DNA from: Methanothrix sp.
Lineage (GTDB): Archaea > Halobacteriota > Methanosarcinia > Methanotrichales > Methanotrichaceae
Length of the DNA stretch: 52,402 nucleotides
Direction: 5' to 3'
Assembly (NCBI GenBank): GCA_040770465.1
Contig: JAXGJB010000014.1
Coordinates: 1-52,402 of the forward strand
Part shown: in pieces, positions 47,718 through 52,402 of the stretch
Layout: each line of letters opens with the position of its first letter
How positions within the stretch are numbered: the stretch's first letter is position 1
Program-made: the position numbers and the translations under genes
The notes under the pieces: generated by a model
Told to the model about the DNA's origin: nothing
The model's database searches: none
What the model saw: only the letters and a program-made list of their open reading frames with translations

Positions 47718-48061
47718 ATCATCACCCACTTGTTCTTCCCCTCCCAGAGCTTCACAGATACGAGGGAGGCGGGGGTCTCAAGAAGCCGCCTCTCAAGCCC
47801 CGTCTTGATGTGCTCTGCGATCCGTTCCGCCGTGGGGTTATCGAGAATCTCGTTCAGGTCGCGGTGGTCCAGCTCAGAGAGGACCGAATTCATAACGACC
47901 TTCAAATCGTAAAAGTCCATCAGAAAGCCGCTCTCTTCGTCCACCGGCCCCTCCAGGACCACCTCCACCTTGTAGGTGTGGCCGTGGACCCTCGCGCACT
48001 TGCCGTCGTAGTTAGGAAGGCGGTGAGCGGCGTCGAACTCCAGGGAGAGGCCCATCCTCAT
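47714..48061 (-). CDS. queD: 6-carboxy-5,6,7,8-tetrahydropterin synthase
   Basis: FDAAHRL, CARVHGHTY, LDHRDLN, NPTAE. Confidence 0.95.
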   Translation of the reverse strand: MRMGLSLEFDAAHRLPNYDGKCARVHGHTYKVEVVLEGPVDEESGFLMDFYDLKVVMNSVLSELDHRDLNEILDNPTAERIAEHIKTGLERRLLETPASLVSVKLWEGKNKWVMI

Positions 48062-48270
48062 TCTTCGACCCCCTCCTTCGGCCGTCCTGATTCCTCGACC
48101 CCCTCCTTCATCCTCCCCTGGCGGCGGTCGATCTCGTCGAGCTGGTCGAGCATCTTCCGAAGAGCCGTCCGGACCGCGTCGGAGAAGTTGACGAACTTTC
48201 CGTCGTCACCTACGTGGCGGTTGACGTCGTCGATGATGTGTTGGGGAATCTCCACCGATATCTTGGGCAC
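48058..48270 (-). CDS. Ribbon-helix-helix (CopG/Arc/MetJ-type) protein
   Basis: MPKISVEIP...FVNFSDAVRTALRKML; stop overlaps the queD ATG. Confidence 0.8.
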   Translation of the reverse strand: MPKISVEIPQHIIDDVNRHVGDDGKFVNFSDAVRTALRKMLDQLDEIDRRQGRMKEGVEESGRPKEGVEE

Positions 48271-48326
48271 GATAATCCTCCAGTATTCCTGGAGGATTAT
48301 CCAGGTATTATTAAACCTTTCTCAGG

Positions 48327-49127
48327 TTACGGCTCTGCCTCGTCCAGGATCTCTCGGGGCGCCCCCGCCAGGGCCACCAGCCCCTCAGCCTCCATGAAGT
48401 GGAGCCCCGCCGGAACGACGAGGATGTGGAGCGGCCCGCCGAGATCCCGACCCGCGAGCTTCGGCAGCCAGTCAGCGACGACGACGGCGTCCTCGGACCC
48501 AGCCCTCGCGACGCCGACGCCCAAGGCAGAGACGAGCCGGCTTCCCCCTGCGGCGGCCTCCATCTCCAGGAGGAGGGCTGCTCCATCGCTTGCGGTCATG
48601 TACCTCTCCGGCTGGATGTCCAGGAAGAGGAGGGTGTGGAGGTCCCGGTTCAGGTTATCGACGACGACGTCGTAAGGGCTCTGGGCTACGATCCTCTTTC
48701 CACCCGCCACGTAAGGGTAGGGGATGGAGGTGGACCTTCCGAACCGGTAGTTCTGAAGGCCGGTGAGCCCCGAGACGGCGGTGACGATGGAGGAGGAGTG
48801 GACGATCCGGGTCTTTATCCCCATCTTGAGGGCCCGGAGCCGGAGGTCCAGGTGGGTGGTGGAGATCATGGGGTCTCCACCAACGAGGAATGCGACCTTC
48901 TTGTCCCGGGCTTTGGTCATCCAATCCTCTGGATTTACCTCCACCTCCTCCCGGCTCAGAAGCCGGACCTCTTTCCCGTAGAACTCGGCGAGCCTCTCCG
49001 GCGAAACGCCAACGAGCCTTGAGGTGTAGAACTCAGCGTAGATCAGGTCCGCGTCCCTGATCGTCTCAAGCCCCTTCACCGAGACGTCCTTCTCGTCGTA
49101 GAGGCCCAGGCCAACAAAAGAGAGCAT
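48327..49127 (-). CDS. dph5: Diphthine synthase
   Basis: [52 protein letters not shown]; start at ATG 49127. Confidence 0.95.
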   Translation of the reverse strand: MLSFVGLGLYDEKDVSVKGLETIRDADLIYAEFYTSRLVGVSPERLAEFYGKEVRLLSREEVEVNPEDWMTKARDKKVAFLVGGDPMISTTHLDLRLRALKMGIKTRIVHSSSIVTAVSGLTGLQNYRFGRSTSIPYPYVAGGKRIVAQSPYDVVVDNLNRDLHTLLFLDIQPERYMTASDGAALLLEMEAAAGGSRLVSALGVGVARAGSEDAVVVADWLPKLAGRDLGGPLHILVVPAGLHFMEAEGLVALAGAPREILDEAEP

Positions 49128-49226
49128 GATAGATGCATCTTGCACCGCGGTGCTTAAAGGGCGCGGCCGGGGTCGGAAAAACCGGCTGGCAAAGGCTAAT
49201 ATGCGTTCGCCTCCGAATAAATTGTC

Positions 49227-49961
49227 ATGATCGGCAGGACGACCCAGGTTGTGGATTGCCGAGAGAGCATGGGGCTTGCAAAGGGCGGCGGCCTCGCCCA
49301 GCGCGGGACCCTCTCCGAGGCCTCCCAACCAGACGTAATCGCCATCGCCATGTCTCCTGGGCGAAGGCACATAACCAAGCCCGTCTGCGAGATCACCTAC
49401 GGTCTCCGGCGGGAGGGGGTCCAGACGAGCGTCCTCGTCCTGGAGGCGGGGGCGGGGGTTCCCGAGAGCTTCCCGTCGGCCTCCAGGGGGTTTGGACCCA
49501 CCTTCGGCCTCACCCCCAAGGAGATCGAGCAGATCGAGAGGCACAAGATCGCAGTGATCCACCTCGGGAACATCAGGTCTCACGTCGTCTACAAGGCGAA
49601 GGACGTTTTGGCCCTGGCGGATGTCCCAGCGGTGATCGTCTGCCAGAGCCCCGTCGACTTCGAGGACTTCGCGAAGGTGGGGGTGAAGACCAGGCTTGTG
49701 ATGCCCCCGAGAAACAAGATCGAGACGCAGGGAACCGTCGTCGACATCGTCTACGGCGTCACCAGGGGCGCGACGTGCCAGAGGGAGAAGCTCAACCGGC
49801 TCGCGAAGGTCTTAAACCACCACCTGGCACGGATGGAGAGGGAGGAGAAGAGAAGGCGGGAAGAGGAGGAGCTTCCCGAGGCTGAACGGAAGGCCAGGGC
49901 AAAAAAGAAGGCGAAAGAGGCGAAGGCGGCTGGAGCTGGGATCAGCACCTCGTTCTTTTAG
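49227..49961 (+). CDS. mcrC: Methyl-coenzyme M reductase operon protein C (stand-alone)
   Basis: [69 protein letters not shown]. Confidence 0.9.
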   Translation: MIGRTTQVVDCRESMGLAKGGGLAQRGTLSEASQPDVIAIAMSPGRRHITKPVCEITYGLRREGVQTSVLVLEAGAGVPESFPSASRGFGPTFGLTPKEIEQIERHKIAVIHLGNIRSHVVYKAKDVLALADVPAVIVCQSPVDFEDFAKVGVKTRLVMPPRNKIETQGTVVDIVYGVTRGATCQREKLNRLAKVLNHHLARMEREEKRRREEEELPEAERKARAKKKAKEAKAAGAGISTSFF

Positions 49962-50061
49962 AGAAGATCCGAAAAAGGAGAGTGGCGGACGGAGGCGGAC
50001 GACGCAGCTCTGGAGATCGCGATGACCTGATAGGAGATGATCGCGGCCAAAAAGCCTGGAG

Positions 50062-51276
50062 ATGAAGCCGACTATGAAATCGAGGATCAAGCTGGTGATA
50101 CTGCTGGGAGACGGGATGGCGGACCATCCCATCGATGCTCTGGACGGAAAGACCCCTCTTGAGGCGGCAAAGACCCCCAACATGGACAGGATCGCACGCC
50201 AAGGGAGAGGCGGCCTCGCCGTCAACGTCCCCGCCGGGATGCCGCCGGGAAGCGACGTTGCGAACCTCTCGGTGATGGGCTACGACCCGAAGAGGTACTA
50301 CAGCGGCCGGGCCCCTCTGGAGGCGGCGGCGATGGGCGTCCCTCTCGGGTCCGAGGACGTCGCCTTCCGGTGCAACCTCGTCAACGTCGACCTCGATAAG
50401 AGGATCATGGTCGACTACAGCGCGGGTCACATCTCCTCAGAAGAAGGAAAAGAGCTGATCGCAGCCCTCACCAGATCCCAGCCCAACCTCAGGCTCTATC
50501 CAGGCGTAAGCTATCGAAACCTCCTGGTCAAGGACGAAAACGACGGTCTTTCAGCAAACTGCACCCCGCCCCACGACATCGCGGGCCAGCCGATTGATGA
50601 ATACCTCCCGAAGGGCGAGGGCTCCGCCGTCTTGCGCGATATGATGCTCGAATCGATCCCCGTACTCGCCGACCATCCGGTCAACCTCCGCCGCGCGAAG
50701 GAGGGCAAGCGGCCCGCCAACATGATCTGGCTCTGGGGGCAGGGGAAGGCGCCGTCGATGCCCCGGTTCCGCGAGATGTGGGGGATCGAGGGGGCGATGA
50801 TCTCGGCCGTCGACCTCCTGAAGGGGATGGGGGTCTACGCGGGGCTTGAGGTGATCGATGTCCCCGGCGCCACCGGCGTTCTCGACACCAACTACGAGGG
50901 GAAGGTCGCCGCCTGCCTCGACGCCCTCGATCGGGTCGACTTCGTGTACCTGCACGTCGAGGCCCCCGACGAGATGGGGCACGACGGCCTTCTCGATAAA
51001 AAGATCGAGGCGATCCGCCGCTTCGACGCCCGGGTCGTCGGACCGGTCATCGATGGCCTCGAAAAATCGGGCTTCGAATGGCGGGTCATGGTCCTGCCCG
51101 ATCACCCGACCCCCATCTCCATCAGGACCCACACATCCGAGCCCGTCCCCTTCGCCATGATGGGCTCGGGGATCGAGACCGACGGGATGGCGTCCTTTTC
51201 CGAGCGGGAGGGAGCGCGCGGCGGGTGCGGCACGGTCGACGGGTGGCGGCTGATGGGGATGATGGCAGAGGGGTAG
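50062..51276 (+). CDS. apgM: Cofactor-independent phosphoglycerate mutase (archaeal ApgM type)
   Basis: GDGMAD, KTPLEAAKTPNMD, PGSDVANLS, GRAPLEA, HVEAPDEMGH, PDHPTP, HTSEPVP. Confidence 0.92.
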   Translation: MKPTMKSRIKLVILLGDGMADHPIDALDGKTPLEAAKTPNMDRIARQGRGGLAVNVPAGMPPGSDVANLSVMGYDPKRYYSGRAPLEAAAMGVPLGSEDVAFRCNLVNVDLDKRIMVDYSAGHISSEEGKELIAALTRSQPNLRLYPGVSYRNLLVKDENDGLSANCTPPHDIAGQPIDEYLPKGEGSAVLRDMMLESIPVLADHPVNLRRAKEGKRPANMIWLWGQGKAPSMPRFREMWGIEGAMISAVDLLKGMGVYAGLEVIDVPGATGVLDTNYEGKVAACLDALDRVDFVYLHVEAPDEMGHDGLLDKKIEAIRRFDARVVGPVIDGLEKSGFEWRVMVLPDHPTPISIRTHTSEPVPFAMMGSGIETDGMASFSEREGARGGCGTVDGWRLMGMMAEG

Positions 51277-51309
51277 AGCAGGCCAATCTCTCTTTAAGGT
51301 GCAAGATCT

Positions 51310-52167
51310 ATGAACGTGAATAATACTCATTATCCTCTATTTTTCACGGTAGCCCAGGTTCGTTTCTCCCGAAAAGGCAAAGTGGAGAAGAACAGTTGTG
51401 CTTCAGGATTCTTTTATAGGTTTGAGAATAAATTATATTTTATTACAAATCGACATGTTGTAATCGATGAGACTGATAAAACTGATGTGCATCATCCAGA
51501 TGAGCTTCGCTTAGAATTACATGTTGATCGAAATAACCTTGATCGAAAGGCACCCCCCTATAAAATACCACTTTATGAAGGGAAAAATAAACAAAAATGG
51601 ATTGAGCATCCTCAAAATAAAAACATTAGCGATCCAAGAAAGATGATCGACGTTGTGGCCATAACTATAGACGAAAAAGAGTTATGTGAAAAAGGGTATT
51701 ACGTTGAATCATTTTCATCCCATGGTTATTATGCAATCGATAACCTCTCAAGTTGGGATAATCTTATTGTAATCGGATATCCTGATGGATATTATGACAG
51801 TAAACATAATTTACCACTAATTCGCAGAGCAAATTTAGCATCTGCACCGTCCATCCCATTCAATAAAGAACCTAAACTTTTGATCGATGCCCAATTACAT
51901 AAAGGAACTAGTGGTAGTCCGGTCCTAAAACCTACAGGTTATCCGCTTACCAGCCTGGAAGACGGAGATGTGATTATGCCCGAAGATGAACTCGATGTAG
52001 CACGAGATTATATATCAAGATCGTTAGTGGGCATTCACTCAGGTGAGTTTGAGGGGAATAAACCGGAACTGGGTTTGCACAATGTTTGGTTGGCTGGTTT
52101 AATCCCGGATATAATCACGCAGAAAAGCTATTACTTCGATCGCATTGGATGCGAACTTGAAGATTAG
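51310..52167 (+). CDS. Trypsin-like serine protease, AT-rich, no signal peptide
   Basis: ASGFF, ITNRHVV (His), IDVVAI (Asp), VIGYP, LIDAQLHKGTSGSPV (Ser), LVGIHSG. Confidence 0.85.
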   Translation: MNVNNTHYPLFFTVAQVRFSRKGKVEKNSCASGFFYRFENKLYFITNRHVVIDETDKTDVHHPDELRLELHVDRNNLDRKAPPYKIPLYEGKNKQKWIEHPQNKNISDPRKMIDVVAITIDEKELCEKGYYVESFSSHGYYAIDNLSSWDNLIVIGYPDGYYDSKHNLPLIRRANLASAPSIPFNKEPKLLIDAQLHKGTSGSPVLKPTGYPLTSLEDGDVIMPEDELDVARDYISRSLVGIHSGEFEGNKPELGLHNVWLAGLIPDIITQKSYYFDRIGCELED

Positions 52168-52251
52168 TGATCCCTAATGTAGAAGTATCCTCTTAACATC
52201 GTTTGGCTGTCGCCACCCAAAACAACCGCTTCAGATTAAGGCCGATCAGAA

Positions 52252-52365
52252 TCCCGCCGCCCGGCCCTCGCGCCGATTGATCCAATCCGCCGTCTCCGCC
52301 CAGGCGACGCAAACCCCGCGCGCCCACCGGGCGGACGGCGCCGCCCGCGCGGGCTTCGCCCCGCC
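52252..52365. repeat. GC-rich nested palindromic element
   Basis: CCCGCGCG (52315-52322) / CGCGCGGG (52346-52353), inner GGGCGG/CCGCCC, and GGGC-TTC-GCCC mini-hairpin (52351-52361). Confidence 0.5.
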
Positions 52366-52402
52366 AATAAAGAACTGAAGACCGATCATTTTCCATTCGA
52401 AT

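Noticed and set aside
46292-48061. Dpd-type 7-deazaguanine DNA modification system
   Set aside because: No dpdA/TGT-like or other dpd genes nearby and host-like composition; archaeosine precursor synthesis is the simpler explanation
49128-49583. N-terminal extension of Dph5 in the ORF track
   Set aside because: Overlaps mcrC antisense; family homology starts at MLSFVGLG
52185-52245. Integron attC site after the protease gene
   Set aside because: TCTTAAC...GATTAAG is only a weak inverted repeat and lacks a proper GTTRRRY core; no integron integrase in view

Overview
GC-rich archaeal chromosome segment from a methanogen, most likely Methanotrichaceae (Methanothrix/Methanocrinis harundinacea-like). 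The assignment is an inference from a stand-alone mcrC, DUF1608 S-layer genes with PGF-CTERM, aglB, class I CCA enzyme, rps6e and dph5. Most of the window is housekeeping: nadC/nadX, purH-like, smsCB (sufCB), ilvD, thpR-cca, pheS/pheT, queDCE, dph5, apgM and 4 tRNAs (Gln-TTG, Glu-TTC, Ser-GCT, Ile-GAT). It is also rich in envelope genes: a divergent tubulin/CetZ-like gene beside a membrane-anchored surface protein, two S-layer genes, aglB, and a four-gene cluster of secreted, Cys-containing beta-strand proteins between tRNA-Glu and tRNA-Ser. That cluster (32.7-36.9 kb) is the most striking element and is a candidate sheath (amyloid-like tube) locus. Two of its genes are nearly identical in DNA except for the signal peptide and two short loops that differ yet keep N-glycosylation sequons, and the first copy has ACG where the second has ATG. 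Other oddities: cca has no canonical start codon at the thpR junction, PurH has a decayed cyclohydrolase domain, a Cys-rich HxlR regulator with a candidate operator sits between Fe-S assembly and sulfite-reductase-like genes, pheS carries an AT-rich in-frame patch, and a low-GC trypsin-like gene is followed by a GC-rich palindrome. No CRISPR array, rRNA, transposase, integrase or reverse transcriptase was seen. All calls come from motif recognition by eye; no searches were run.
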